From NCBI GenBank assembly GCA_041476585.1, contig JBGOTT010000001.1, positions 1 through 41,472 of the forward strand: a stretch of 41,472 bases of DNA, given 5' to 3'. This document shows positions 32,227 to 41,472 of this stretch, one piece after another. Below the pieces are notes generated by a model, which was not told where the DNA came from, ran no database searches, and was given only the letters and a program-made list of their open reading frames with translations. The stretch is from Gammaproteobacteria bacterium. Lineage in GTDB: Bacteria > Pseudomonadota > Gammaproteobacteria > Burkholderiales > SG8-39. Position 1 is the first letter of the stretch; each line of letters opens with the position of its first letter. The position numbers were made by a program, and so were the translations under genes.

Positions 32227-34524
32227 TCAGAAGTTTGTGCCGAACGTGAATTGTAACCTCTGTACCTTGTCATTGCTCGTGGCGTTGAGCGGTTGCGCGA
32301 TCGAGACGCGCAAAGGGCCGAACGGCGAGACCCAGCTGACCCCGATCCCTGCGGCGTAGCGCAGATTTCCGAGCGAGAATTTCTCGTCTTGCGCGAACAC
32401 CTGGCCGGCATCCAGGAAAGCGCTCAGGCGAAGCGACTTGTCCTTCTCCGCGCCCGGAAAAGGGAACAGCACTTCGACGGAGCCGACGACGCGCTTAGTT
32501 CCCCCGAGCGAGTTGCCCTGATCGTCCTGCGGCCCGAGCGAAAACGCCTTATAGCCCCTGACCGACCCCGGGCCGCCTGCGTAATAGCCCTTGAAGAACG
32601 GCATCGGCCTGCCGCCGTAACCGCCACCGATGCCGATGTCGCCATTGAGGAACAGCGTCATGCTGCGCGTGAGCGGCGTGTAGAACTGCTGCTGGTAGCC
32701 GAGCTTGTAATACTTGAGATTGCCGAGGGAGACTTCGCTGTACACCTTGTACAGCGAGCCTTTGGTCGTCTGGATTAAGCTGTCGCGCGTATCGCGCGCC
32801 CAGCCGCCAGTGGCTGCGAGATACGTATAGTCGTTGCCGAAGGTGTTGGCGAAATTGATGTAGGACAACGGGCTGGTGTCGAAGGTCGTGAGATTGACCT
32901 TCTCCGCGTTCAGTCCGAAGTTGATTCCGACGCGTTCGGCCAGAGGAATGCCGAAACGCACGCCGCCGCCGGTCGAACTGGTTTTGTACGGTCCGACCGC
33001 AAGCGTCGATGCGTCGACGTTGCGGTGGTAGACGTCGAACCCGCGGCTGACGCCGTCGACGGTGAAATACGGATCGGTGTACGACAGCGAGTACACCTTG
33101 TTGACGCTGCCGGTGTTCACGTCGAGCGAGATGGTTTTGCCGCTGCCGAGAAAGTTCGTTTGCGAAACCGAGCCCTGGGCCACGAATTTGTCCACCGAAG
33201 ACAATCCGGCGCCGAGCATGATCGCGCCCGTCGGCTTCTCCTCGACAGTGAAGTTGACGTCGACCTGGTCGCTGCTGCCCGAGACCGGCGCGGTCTCGAC
33301 GTTGACGTCCTTGAAATACTGGGTACGGTCGATGCGCTGTTTGGAAAGCTGGATCTTCGATGCGTCGTAAAAACCGCCTTCGAGCTGGCGCAATTCGCGC
33401 CGGATCACATCGTCGCGCGTGCGCGTGTTGCCGCCGAAACTGATGCGCCGGACGTAGACCCGGCGACCCGGGTCGATCAGGATGGTGAAGGCTACGGTGC
33501 GCTTTTCCTTGTCCACTTCCGGCACGGCGTTGGCGTTGGCGAACGCATAGCCGTCATTGCCCAGGCGCTCGACGATCGCCTTGGTCGATTCGGTCAGCCG
33601 GTCGCGCGCGAACACGTCGCCCGGATTGAGGCGGACCAGCTTGCGCAGCTCCTCCTCGGGAGCCAGCATCTGGCCGGCAAGCTTGACCTCCGAAACGGTG
33701 TACTTCTCGCCCTCGGAGATGTTGATGGTGATGTAGATGTCGTTCCGGTCCGGGGTGATCGATACCTGGGTGGAATCGATGGCGAAATCCAGGTAGCCGC
33801 GGTTCTGATAGAACGAGCGCAACGTTTCCAGGTCCGCCGAGAGCTTCTCGCGCGAATACTGGTCGTGCTTGGTGTACCAGGTGAGCCAGCCGGGCGTGCG
33901 CAGCGTCATTTCGTCGAGCAGCGCCTTTTCCTGGAATGCCTGCGCGCCCACGATGTTGATCGAGCGGATCTTCGCCGCCGACCCTTCGTTGACCGTGAAA
34001 TTGATGCCGACACGATTGCGCTCGAGCGGCGTGATCGTGGTCTGCACCGTGACGGCATACAGTCCGCGGCCAAGATACTGGCGCTTCAACTCCTGCTCCG
34101 AGTTCTCGAGCGCCGCCCGGTCGAAAATCCGCCCGTCGGCGATGCCCTGCTCGCGCAGGATCTTGCGCAACTGGTCGGTTTCGAACGCCTTGATGCCGGA
34201 GAAGTCGATCTGCGCGATCGCCGGCCGCTCCTCCACCGTCACCACCAGCACGCCGTTTTCGACCTCGAGACGGACATCCTTGAAGAAGCCCGTCGCGAAC
34301 AGCGCCCGGATCGCCTGCTGCGCCTTCTCCTCGGTGAGCGTGTCGCCGACCTTGACCGGCAGGTAGCTGAACACCGTGCCTGCTTCGGTGCGCTGCAGTC
34401 CTTCGACGCGGACGTCCTTCACCACGAACGGATCGAAAGCCAGCGCGGCGACGCTGAGCGTCGCGCCGATCAGACCAGCCGCCGTCGAGGCGATCAGTCG
34501 ATGCAAACGATGGCGCTGAAGCAT
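32227..34524 (-). CDS. bamA: outer membrane protein assembly factor BamA
   Basis: ATG at 34524 (MLQRHRLHRLIAS...) lies 1 nt after the rseP stop. POTRA repeats (VKDVRVEGLQRTEAGTV...) and a C-terminal beta-barrel ending QFTFGTNF. Confidence 0.95.
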   Translation of the reverse strand: MLQRHRLHRLIASTAAGLIGATLSVAALAFDPFVVKDVRVEGLQRTEAGTVFSYLPVKVGDTLTEEKAQQAIRALFATGFFKDVRLEVENGVLVVTVEERPAIAQIDFSGIKAFETDQLRKILREQGIADGRIFDRAALENSEQELKRQYLGRGLYAVTVQTTITPLERNRVGINFTVNEGSAAKIRSINIVGAQAFQEKALLDEMTLRTPGWLTWYTKHDQYSREKLSADLETLRSFYQNRGYLDFAIDSTQVSITPDRNDIYITINISEGEKYTVSEVKLAGQMLAPEEELRKLVRLNPGDVFARDRLTESTKAIVERLGNDGYAFANANAVPEVDKEKRTVAFTILIDPGRRVYVRRISFGGNTRTRDDVIRRELRQLEGGFYDASKIQLSKQRIDRTQYFKDVNVETAPVSGSSDQVDVNFTVEEKPTGAIMLGAGLSSVDKFVAQGSVSQTNFLGSGKTISLDVNTGSVNKVYSLSYTDPYFTVDGVSRGFDVYHRNVDASTLAVGPYKTSSTGGGVRFGIPLAERVGINFGLNAEKVNLTTFDTSPLSYINFANTFGNDYTYLAATGGWARDTRDSLIQTTKGSLYKVYSEVSLGNLKYYKLGYQQQFYTPLTRSMTLFLNGDIGIGGGYGGRPMPFFKGYYAGGPGSVRGYKAFSLGPQDDQGNSLGGTKRVVGSVEVLFPFPGAEKDKSLRLSAFLDAGQVFAQDEKFSLGNLRYAAGIGVSWVSPFGPLRVSIAQPLNATSNDKVQRLQFTFGTNF

Positions 34525-34525
34525 T

Positions 34526-35890
34526 TCAGCCGGAGAACAGGCGATTGAGGTCGTTGTAGAAGGCAAAAGCCATCATTACCAGCAGCAGCGCGAGGCCGAC
34601 GCGCTGTCCGAACTCGATCGCTCGCTCCGAGACCGGGCTACCCTTGATTGCTTCGAGGCAATAATACATCAAGTGCCCGCCGTCCAGTAACGGGATCGGC
34701 AGCAGATTGAGCACGCCGAGGCTGATGCTGATCAGCGCGAGGAACGTGAGATACGAAAACCATCCCAGCTGGGCGGATTGTCCGGCGTAGTCCGCGATCG
34801 TCAGCGGGCCCGACAGGTGTTTCCAGGACACCTCGCCCAGCAGCATCCGCCCGAGCATGCGCAAACTGAATATCGAGATGTCCCAGGTCTTCGCCACCGC
34901 CTTTGCGAGGCTCGTAACGATGCCGTAGTCGACCTGCACCAGCATCCGGTCGGCGTGATGCGGCGGGATCTGCGGCGCCGCTCCGATGCGCCCGATGCGC
35001 TCGCCGGCGGCGCCGACCGCGTCCGGCGTGACGCTGATCTGCATGCGCGCACCGTCGCGCAGAACACCGAGCTCGAGCGTCGCGCCGGGTCGCGCGCGCA
35101 CGGCCCGAACCAGTTCCTCCCATGTTTCGACCGCGCGCCCGCCTGCGGTCTCGATCCGGTCTCCGGAGCGCAGTCCGGCGCGTTCCGCTGCCGCGCCTTC
35201 GATCACCTTGCCCAGCACGGGCGCCAGCGGCGGCCGGTACAGTTGCAGACCCAGCCGCTCGAGGATGTCGCCCTCCACCTCTTCGCTGCGAACCGCGCCG
35301 AGGTCGAGGCCCAACTGCCGGATATCGTCGCGTTGACTGATCACTTCGATCCTGAGCGAGTGCCGCTGCAGGGCGGCCTGCAGCACGCGCCAGCGCAGTT
35401 CCTGCCAGGTCTCGATCGCCTCGTCGTCGATGCTGCGCACGCGATCGCCGGCGGCGAACCCCGCGCGCTGCGCGAGTGTGCCTGCCGGCGGTTCGGCCAC
35501 CACCGGTCGTGCCTCAGGGACGCCGTGGAGGTACAGCGCGAAGTACACCGCGATGGCGAACATGAAATTGAATGCCGGCCCCGCCGCCACGATCATGAAT
35601 CGCTTCCAAACGCTCTGCCGGTTGAACGCGCGGTCGCGTTCGTTCGACGCCACCGGCGCTTCCCTCTCGTCGAGCATCTTGACGTAGCCGCCGAGCGGGA
35701 CGGCCGCGAGCACCCACTCGGTGTGGTCGGCGCCGCGTCGCGCAACCAGGATCGGGCGGCCGAAGCCGACCGAGAAACGCAGGACCTTCACCCCGGCAAG
35801 GCGCGCGGCAAGGTAATGGCCGTACTCGTGCACCACGATCAGCACGGCCAACGCGACCACGAATGCCGCAACGGTCTGCATCAGGCTCAC
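34526..35890 (-). CDS. rseP: RIP metalloprotease RseP
   Basis: HEYGH zinc motif near the N-terminus, PDZ region, C-terminal [12 protein letters not shown]. The GTG at 35890 overlaps the dxr TGA. An alternative ATG lies at 35881. Confidence 0.9.
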   Translation of the reverse strand: MSLMQTVAAFVVALAVLIVVHEYGHYLAARLAGVKVLRFSVGFGRPILVARRGADHTEWVLAAVPLGGYVKMLDEREAPVASNERDRAFNRQSVWKRFMIVAAGPAFNFMFAIAVYFALYLHGVPEARPVVAEPPAGTLAQRAGFAAGDRVRSIDDEAIETWQELRWRVLQAALQRHSLRIEVISQRDDIRQLGLDLGAVRSEEVEGDILERLGLQLYRPPLAPVLGKVIEGAAAERAGLRSGDRIETAGGRAVETWEELVRAVRARPGATLELGVLRDGARMQISVTPDAVGAAGERIGRIGAAPQIPPHHADRMLVQVDYGIVTSLAKAVAKTWDISIFSLRMLGRMLLGEVSWKHLSGPLTIADYAGQSAQLGWFSYLTFLALISISLGVLNLLPIPLLDGGHLMYYCLEAIKGSPVSERAIEFGQRVGLALLLVMMAFAFYNDLNRLFSG

Positions 35891-37086
35891 GCGGCACGCT
35901 CGGTCGTCAGCGCGACGCGGCGCGCGGCCGCGGCGCGCGCCGCGGCGTCGGCGGCCAGGACCGCGTCGAGATCATCGGCTGGCGTGCAGGCGACGCCCGA
36001 GAGCGTCGCCTCGACGACCATGAAAATATCGCTGAAACGGATGCGGCGCGCGAGAAAGGCGGCGACCGCGATCTCGTTGGCGGCGTTGAGGATGGCGGGC
36101 GCGGTACCGCCGCTGCGCAAAGCCGCATAGGCAAGGCCCAGGCACGGAAAGCGCCTGGCGTCGGGTCGCTCGAAACTGAGCTGGCCGATCGCCGCAAGGT
36201 CGAGCGCGCGCGCGCCCGATTCGAAACGCTGCGGAAACGCCAGCGCATGCGCGATCGGTATGCGCATGTCCGGATTGGACAGCTGCGCGAGCAGCGTGCC
36301 ATCCACGTATTCCACCAACGAATGCACGATGCTTTGCGGATGGATCAGCACTTCGACGCTGCCGGGCGTCGCGCCGAACAGCAGGCAGGCCTCGATCACC
36401 TCCAGCCCCTTGTTCATCATGGTGGCGGAATCGACCGATATCTTGCGGCCCATCACCCAGTTCGGGTGCGCGCACGCCTCCTCCGGCGTGACCACCGCAA
36501 GGCGCTCGAGCGGCACGGCGCGAAACGGCCCGCCCGATGCGGTGAGCACGATACGTCGCACCTCGCCAGTGTGCGCGCGCCCCGCGGCATCACGCGGGAG
36601 GCACTGGAATACCGCGTTGTGCTCGCTGTCGATGGGCAGCAATTGCGCGCCGCCGTCGCGCACGGCCTGCATGAACAGCGCGCCGGCCATGACCAGCGCT
36701 TCCTTGTTCGCAAGCAGCACGCGCTTGCCGGCCCGCGCCGCAGCGAGCGATGGCGCAAGACCCGCCGCGCCTACGATGGCCGCCATCACCACGTCGCATT
36801 CCGGCGCAGCGGCCACCGCCACCAGCCCCGCTTGCCCGAACAGCAACTCGGTCGGGCAGCCGGCCTGCCGCAATTGTCGGGCGGCCGGCTCATCCGATGA
36901 GCAGCCCGACAGCACCGCGTACCTCGGGCGATGCTTGACGCACAATTCGACCAGGCGCTCGGACGATCCGTTGGCGGTCAGCGCGAACAGTGAGAAACGC
37001 TCCGCGTGGCGTGCCACCACATCGAGCGTGCTCGCCCCGATCGACCCGGTCGCTCCCAGCACGCATAGCGACAACGGCCGTGTCAT
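35887..37086 (-). CDS. dxr: 1-deoxy-D-xylulose-5-phosphate reductoisomerase
   Basis: [14 protein letters not shown], plus NKGLEVIEA and other Dxr motifs. The ATG at 37086 overlaps the cdsA TGA (ATGA). The ORF-track GTG at 37092 is an alternative. Confidence 0.95.
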   Translation of the reverse strand: MTRPLSLCVLGATGSIGASTLDVVARHAERFSLFALTANGSSERLVELCVKHRPRYAVLSGCSSDEPAARQLRQAGCPTELLFGQAGLVAVAAAPECDVVMAAIVGAAGLAPSLAAARAGKRVLLANKEALVMAGALFMQAVRDGGAQLLPIDSEHNAVFQCLPRDAAGRAHTGEVRRIVLTASGGPFRAVPLERLAVVTPEEACAHPNWVMGRKISVDSATMMNKGLEVIEACLLFGATPGSVEVLIHPQSIVHSLVEYVDGTLLAQLSNPDMRIPIAHALAFPQRFESGARALDLAAIGQLSFERPDARRFPCLGLAYAALRSGGTAPAILNAANEIAVAAFLARRIRFSDIFMVVEATLSGVACTPADDLDAVLAADAAARAAAARRVALTTERAA

Positions 37087-37913
37087 GCCCACCTCGAGTA
37101 AACGAACAACGCCAGTGCTGCCGCAGGCAATGTCGACGTCGCGCTGTCGATCCTGTCGAGCACGCCGCCGTGTCCGGGCAGTAGCGACCCGCTGTCCTTG
37201 ACTCCGGCGCGGCGCTTGAGCGCGGATTCGAACAGGTCACCCACCACGCCGAGCCCGCACAGCAGCACGGCGATCAGTGCGTACCCGGCCCACGCAAAGC
37301 CTTGCACCGCGGGCAGGCCGGACGGAGCGGCCAGCGCGAGAATGATAGCGTAGGCAACGCTCGCGGCGAGTCCGCCCGCGACCCCTTCCCAGGTCTTCCC
37401 CGGGCTGATCGCGGGGGCGAGCTTGCGCCGGCCGAAACGCCGCCCGACAAAGTACGCGGCGGAGTCCGCAATCCAGACGAGGGCCAGCGACGCCAGCAGC
37501 AGCGCCGGGGAGTAATCGCGCAGCCCCGCGAGGGCGAGCGCGGCCGGGATGATCACCAGCGCACCGATCGCCACCGCCAGCAGGCGCGACTCGAGCCGTA
37601 CGCCGCGCGCGAGCCAGGCGGGCGCGACAAACAGCCAGAAACCGGTCGCCAGGCCGTACAGCGCGGCGGACGCGGTTTGATCGACGTGCTGCGCACCGAG
37701 CGTCGAGCCGAGCAGCACGTAGACCAGAGCGCACGCCCCGGCAAACGCATAGCGCGCGGCACCCCCGAACGACGCGAGCCGGGCCCACTCCCAGGCGGCA
37801 AGGGTCGCGACCAAACCCGCCAGCGCGGCAAACGCGGCGTGCGGCAGCAGAAACACGCAGGCGAGAAAGCCGCCCAGCAGGACGACCGCGGTGAGGACGC
37901 GGGATCTAAGCAT
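37083..37913 (-). CDS. cdsA: phosphatidate cytidylyltransferase
   Basis: Polytopic membrane protein with the C-terminal CTP-transferase signature [28 protein letters not shown]. Confidence 0.9.
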   Translation of the reverse strand: MLRSRVLTAVVLLGGFLACVFLLPHAAFAALAGLVATLAAWEWARLASFGGAARYAFAGACALVYVLLGSTLGAQHVDQTASAALYGLATGFWLFVAPAWLARGVRLESRLLAVAIGALVIIPAALALAGLRDYSPALLLASLALVWIADSAAYFVGRRFGRRKLAPAISPGKTWEGVAGGLAASVAYAIILALAAPSGLPAVQGFAWAGYALIAVLLCGLGVVGDLFESALKRRAGVKDSGSLLPGHGGVLDRIDSATSTLPAAALALFVYSRWA

Positions 37914-38799
37914 TCGCGCGCGCGCGCGCGGCCGCTTCAGAGGGTTCGCCTACGGACCCCTCGGATGGCTCGCCTGCGGTCGCCTCGGAGTGCTCGCCTG
38001 CGGTCGCCTCGGAGTGCTCGCCTGCGGCTCGGAGCCGGCGCCGTTCCTCCTCGAGCTGTTCGCTGGTGCGGCCGTAGCGCCGCTCGCGCTTGCGGTAGGA
38101 CGCGAATGCCGCATCCAGCGCGCTGGCGTCGAAATCGGGCCACAGCGTGGGCGTGAAGCATAGTTCGGCGTACGCCAGTTGCCAGAGCAGGAAATTGCTG
38201 ATGCGCTGCTCGCCGCCGGTACGGATGAACAAATCCGGCTCGGGCGCGTAGCTCATCGCCAGGTACGGTGAGAGCTGCTGCTCGGTGAAATCGCCGCCCG
38301 CCAACGGCTGCTGCTCACGCAGCAGCCGCGACATCGCCTGCATCAGGTCCCAGCGCCCGCCGTAGTTGGCAGCGATGGTGAGGGTCAGTCGCCCGTTCGC
38401 GGCGGTCTTCGCTTCGGCCTCGCCGATCAGGGTGCGGATGCGCGCATCGAACCGCGACAGATCCCCGACCACTTTCAGCCGCACCCCGTTGCGACCCAGT
38501 TTTTCAACCTCGCCGATCAACGCCGACGCGAACAGCTGCATCAGCAACGTGACCTCTTCGGCCGGGCGCCGCCAGTTCTCCGAACTGAAGGCGAACAGAG
38601 TCAGGTATTCGACCCCCCGCTCGATGCACGCCTTGACGATGTCGCGCACGGCCTCCACGCCGCGCTTGTGTCCGGCAATGCGCGGCAGATGCCGCCGCTT
38701 CGCCCAGCGGCCGTTGCCGTCCATGATGATCGCGACATGGCGCGGCACACTGCGCTGCGGCGGAACCTCGAGCGTCGAACTCTCCGGCATTTCGCTCAT
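37906..38799 (-). CDS. uppS: isoprenyl transferase (undecaprenyl diphosphate synthase) with repeat-containing C-terminal extension
   Basis: [27 protein letters not shown] and ELCFT..LWPDF. The ATG overlaps the frr TGA (ATGA). The C-terminal roughly 45 aa form an acidic octapeptide repeat tail. Confidence 0.95.
   Translation of the reverse strand: MSEMPESSTLEVPPQRSVPRHVAIIMDGNGRWAKRRHLPRIAGHKRGVEAVRDIVKACIERGVEYLTLFAFSSENWRRPAEEVTLLMQLFASALIGEVEKLGRNGVRLKVVGDLSRFDARIRTLIGEAEAKTAANGRLTLTIAANYGGRWDLMQAMSRLLREQQPLAGGDFTEQQLSPYLAMSYAPEPDLFIRTGGEQRISNFLLWQLAYAELCFTPTLWPDFDASALDAAFASYRKRERRYGRTSEQLEEERRRLRAAGEHSEATAGEHSEATAGEPSEGSVGEPSEAAARARANA
37944..38034. repeat. 24-bp tandem repeat, about 3.8 copies, inside the uppS 3' end
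   Basis: gctcgcctgcggtcgcctcggagt occurs twice exactly (37968-37991 and 37992-38015). A degenerate copy lies at 37944-37967 and a partial one at 38016-38034. It encodes [32 protein letters not shown]. Confidence 0.85.
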
Positions 38800-39353
38800 A
38801 CCGCCATCAACTCGGCTTCCTTCAGCTCGAGCATCCTGTCGATTTCGGCAATATGCCGGTCGGTAAGCTTCTGCACCTCGTCCTGAGAGCGCCGCTCGTC
38901 GTTTTCCGACACCGTCTTCTGCTTGAGCGCTTCCTTGAGCACATGATTGGCCTCGCGGCGCAGGTTGCGGACCGCCACCCGGGCATTCTCCGCCTCATGC
39001 CGCACCACCTTGATCAGTTCCTTGCGCCGCTCCTCGGTGAGAATCGGCATGGGTACGCGAATGGTCTCGCCGGCGGCAGCCGGATTGAGCCCCAGGTCCG
39101 AGTCGCGGATCGCCTTTTCGATCGCCGGACCGACCTTCTTCTCGAACGGCGAAACACCGATCGTACGCGCATCGATCAGGGTGATCCTCGCGACCTGGTT
39201 GATCGGCGTCTGCGAGCCGTAATAGTCCACCGTAATGTGATCGAGCAGACCGGTGTGCGCCCGCCCGGTGCGCACCTTGCCGAGATCGGCCTTGAACCCT
39301 TCGAGGGTCTTCTTCATCTTCAGCTCGGTGTTCTTCTTCAGGTCCGCAATCAT
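38796..39353 (-). CDS. frr: ribosome recycling factor
   Basis: [46 protein letters not shown]. Full length, 185 aa. Confidence 0.97.
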   Translation of the reverse strand: MIADLKKNTELKMKKTLEGFKADLGKVRTGRAHTGLLDHITVDYYGSQTPINQVARITLIDARTIGVSPFEKKVGPAIEKAIRDSDLGLNPAAAGETIRVPMPILTEERRKELIKVVRHEAENARVAVRNLRREANHVLKEALKQKTVSENDERRSQDEVQKLTDRHIAEIDRMLELKEAELMAV

Positions 39354-39374
39354 CTCCGTCTCCTCAGGTTCGGA

Positions 39375-39400
39375 ACAGGGGCGTCTCAGGCGCCCCCGTT
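39375..39400 (-). terminator. weak hairpin between pyrH and frr (possible attenuator)
   Basis: The minus strand reads GGGGCG-CCTGAGA-CGCCCC followed by TGTTCC. The U-tract is poor. Coordinates are approximate to within 1-2 nt. Confidence 0.25.
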
Positions 39401-39408
39401 ACCCCCTC

Positions 39409-40122
39409 CTAACAGTGCACCAGCGTTCCTTCGTCCTCGCCGGCAACCACGCGCTGAAGCGCGTTCGGCTTGAAGATGCTGAATACGTTGACCGGCAGGC
39501 GCTGGTCGCGACACAGCGTGAGCGCGGTCGCATCCATCACCTTGAGGTGGCGGGCGATCGCCTCGTCGAAGCTCAGGCGTGAATAGCGCTGCGCGGCGGG
39601 GTCCTGGTTCGGATCCGACGTATAGACACCATCGACCTTGGTTGCCTTCAGCACGATCTCCGCGCCCATCTCGCTGCCGCGCAGCGCGGCAGCGGTATCG
39701 GTCGTGAAGAAGGGATTGCCGGTCCCTGCGGCGAAGATCACCACCTTGCCTTCCTCCAGATAGCGGATCGCCTTGCCGCGGATATACGGCTCGACCACCT
39801 GCTCGATATTGAGCGCGGATTGCACCCGGCTGGCGATTCCCGCGTGGCGCATCGCGTCCTGCAGTGCGAGCGCGTTCATGATGGTTGCGAGCATCCCCAT
39901 ATAGTCGGCGGTCGCGCGATCCATGCCGGCCGCGCCCAGCGCCACACCGCGGAAGATATTGCCGCCGCCGATCACCACCCCGATCTCCACACCCATGCGC
40001 GCGACCGCGGCGATTTCGGCGACGATGGTTTCGATGGTCTGCCGGTTGATGCCATACGCATCGTCGCCCATCAGGGCTTCGCCCGAGAGCTTGAGCAGGA
40101 TGCGCTTGTACTTGGGTGTCAC
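39409..40122 (-). CDS. pyrH: UMP kinase
   Basis: GTG start, [13 protein letters not shown] and GGGNIFRG. 237 aa. Confidence 0.97.
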   Translation of the reverse strand: MTPKYKRILLKLSGEALMGDDAYGINRQTIETIVAEIAAVARMGVEIGVVIGGGNIFRGVALGAAGMDRATADYMGMLATIMNALALQDAMRHAGIASRVQSALNIEQVVEPYIRGKAIRYLEEGKVVIFAAGTGNPFFTTDTAAALRGSEMGAEIVLKATKVDGVYTSDPNQDPAAQRYSRLSFDEAIARHLKVMDATALTLCRDQRLPVNVFSIFKPNALQRVVAGEDEGTLVHC

Positions 40123-40150
40123 TGTGCTGGCCGCTCTTTCCCCGCTGCCA

Positions 40151-41029
40151 TCAGCGACCCATTCCGGCCGCCGCCTTCACTTCGGCCGCGAAGTCGCCGG
40201 ACTTCTTCTCGATGCCCTCACCCACCACGAAAAACGCATAGCCGAGCACCTTGCCTTTGCGCGCCGCGAGCATCTTCTCCACCGTCTGCTTGTCGTCCTT
40301 GACGAAGCGCTGGCCGAGCAAAGTGATCTCGCCGAGGAACTTGTTCAGCCCGCCCTCGACCATTTTGGCCACGATTTCGGCGGGCTTGCCGGACTCGCTG
40401 GCCCGCGCAGCGAGGATTTCCCGCTCGCGCGCCACGATTTCCGGCGCGACCTCGCCCTTTCCGAGGTAACGGGGCCTGGCAAACGCGATATGCATCGCGA
40501 GGTCCTTGCCGATTTCGTCCGCGCCTTCGAATTCGACGGTCACGCCGATCTTCGTGCCATGCAGGTATTGGGCCAGCTTTGCGTCGGTCTGCATACGGCG
40601 GAAGCGGCGGATGCTGAGGTTTTCGCCGATTTTCTGGACCAATGCCTGCCGCCGGGTCTCGATTTTTTCGCCGCCGAGCGTCAGCTCCGTCAGCGTCGCC
40701 ACGTCGGCGGGATTTTCGCGCGCGACGATTCCAGCGAGCGATGCGGCAAACGCCAGGAAATCCTCGTTCTTGGCGACGAAATCGGTCTCGCAGTTGACTT
40801 CCACCATCGCCGCCGAGCGTCCGTCGGGCGCGAGCCATGCGCCAATCACGCCCTCGGCCGCGATCCGTTCTGCCGCTTTGCTGGCTTTCGCGCCGCTGCG
40901 GATGCGCAGCAGCTCCTCGGCCTTGCCGAGGTTGCCGCCGGCCTCAGCCAGCGCCTTCTTGCACTCCATCATCCCGAGCCCGGTCATCTCCCGCAGTTCC
41001 TTCACCAGGCTCGCGCCGATTTCCGCCAT
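40151..41029 (-). CDS. tsf: translation elongation factor Ts
   Basis: [49 protein letters not shown] Shine-Dalgarno 7 nt upstream. Confidence 0.97.
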   Translation of the reverse strand: MAEIGASLVKELREMTGLGMMECKKALAEAGGNLGKAEELLRIRSGAKASKAAERIAAEGVIGAWLAPDGRSAAMVEVNCETDFVAKNEDFLAFAASLAGIVARENPADVATLTELTLGGEKIETRRQALVQKIGENLSIRRFRRMQTDAKLAQYLHGTKIGVTVEFEGADEIGKDLAMHIAFARPRYLGKGEVAPEIVAREREILAARASESGKPAEIVAKMVEGGLNKFLGEITLLGQRFVKDDKQTVEKMLAARKGKVLGYAFFVVGEGIEKKSGDFAAEVKAAAGMGR

Positions 41030-41058
41030 GTACCGCTCCTTCGCTCGCTTGCAGGTTC

Positions 41059-41082
41059 AAAAAAAGGGGCTCACAGCCCCCC
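41059..41082 (-). terminator. intrinsic terminator/attenuator between rpsB and tsf
   Basis: The minus strand reads GGGGC-TGTGA-GCCCC followed by TTTTTTT. It lies between the rpsB stop (41109) and the tsf Shine-Dalgarno. Confidence 0.6.
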
Positions 41083-41108
41083 TTTTCCCGATCTTCCGTC
41101 GGCGGCGC

Positions 41109-41472
41109 CTAGGCGCCCCGCTCTTCATCGACCTCGACGAACTCGTCGCGCGAGGCCGCAACCACCTCTTCGATCGACTGCGAACGGCCTTCGAGCACGG
41201 CGTCGGCGACGCCGCGCGCGTACAGCCGGATCGCGCGGCTCGAATCGTCATTGCCGGGAATCACGAAATCGATTCCTTCCGGAGAATGGTTGGTGTCGAC
41301 CACGCTCACAACCGGACTGCCGAGTTTCCTGGCCTCGGTACTCGCGCCCTTGTGGTAGCCGACGTCGATCACGAACAGCGCGTCAGGCAGGCTGGCGAGG
41401 TCCTTGATGCCGCCCAGGCTGCGCAGCAGTTTGTCCATTTCGCGCTGCACGCCGAGCGCCTCCTTCTTCGCC
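41109..41472 (-). CDS. rpsB: 30S ribosomal protein S2 (3' part; the 5' end lies beyond the window)
   Basis: [57 protein letters not shown]. The reading frame is open to the window edge. Confidence 0.95.
   Translation of the reverse strand, partial: AKKEALGVQREMDKLLRSLGGIKDLASLPDALFVIDVGYHKGASTEARKLGSPVVSVVDTNHSPEGIDFVIPGNDDSSRAIRLYARGVADAVLEGRSQSIEEVVAASRDEFVEVDEERGA

Overview
High-GC (about 65-67%) chromosomal segment that looks betaproteobacterial, probably Burkholderiales. The evidence is a Bug/TctC-type orphan solute receptor and the conserved order rpsB-tsf-pyrH-frr-uppS-cdsA-dxr-rseP-bamA-skp-lpxD-fabZ-lpxA-lpxB-rnhB. I found no rRNA, tRNA, CRISPR array, transposase or integrase. The right half (26.8-41.5 kb, minus strand) is the tightly packed translation/envelope housekeeping cluster. 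The centre holds guaBA, a DUF4124 gene, rnfH-ratA/smpB and ppsR. The left half (0-20.9 kb) is a mixed metabolic and exported-protein region: NRDE protein, GNAT, an aldolase-SDR fusion coupled to mtnA, an S9 peptidase lipoprotein, a cupin, a benzoylformate-decarboxylase-like ThDP enzyme, a Bug receptor, a beta-propeller/HupE-UreJ group, L,D-transpeptidase-tadA-SDR, a serine hydrolase, an SMP-30-like propeller, and a TAXI-like receptor next to a zinc-ribbon membrane protein. I did not recognise a clear defence or mobile system. Six things merit a second look. (1) The aldolase-SDR fusion is translationally coupled to mtnA and may be a fused DHAP-shunt-type SAM by-product salvage module. (2) A roughly 45-55 codon 3' relic of ppsA lies between smpB and an intact ppsR, which suggests deletion of PEP synthase. 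(3) The leader upstream of the ThDP enzyme has a 16-nt perfect complement to the 16S 3' tail, a 27-codon sORF and a strong terminator about 10 nt from the start codon. (4) A DUF4202 gene is inactivated by a nonsense codon plus a frameshift. (5) The zinc-ribbon gene encodes a duplicated C-X9-C motif. (6) uppS carries an octapeptide tandem-repeat tail. All family assignments come from motif recognition by eye. No database search was run.
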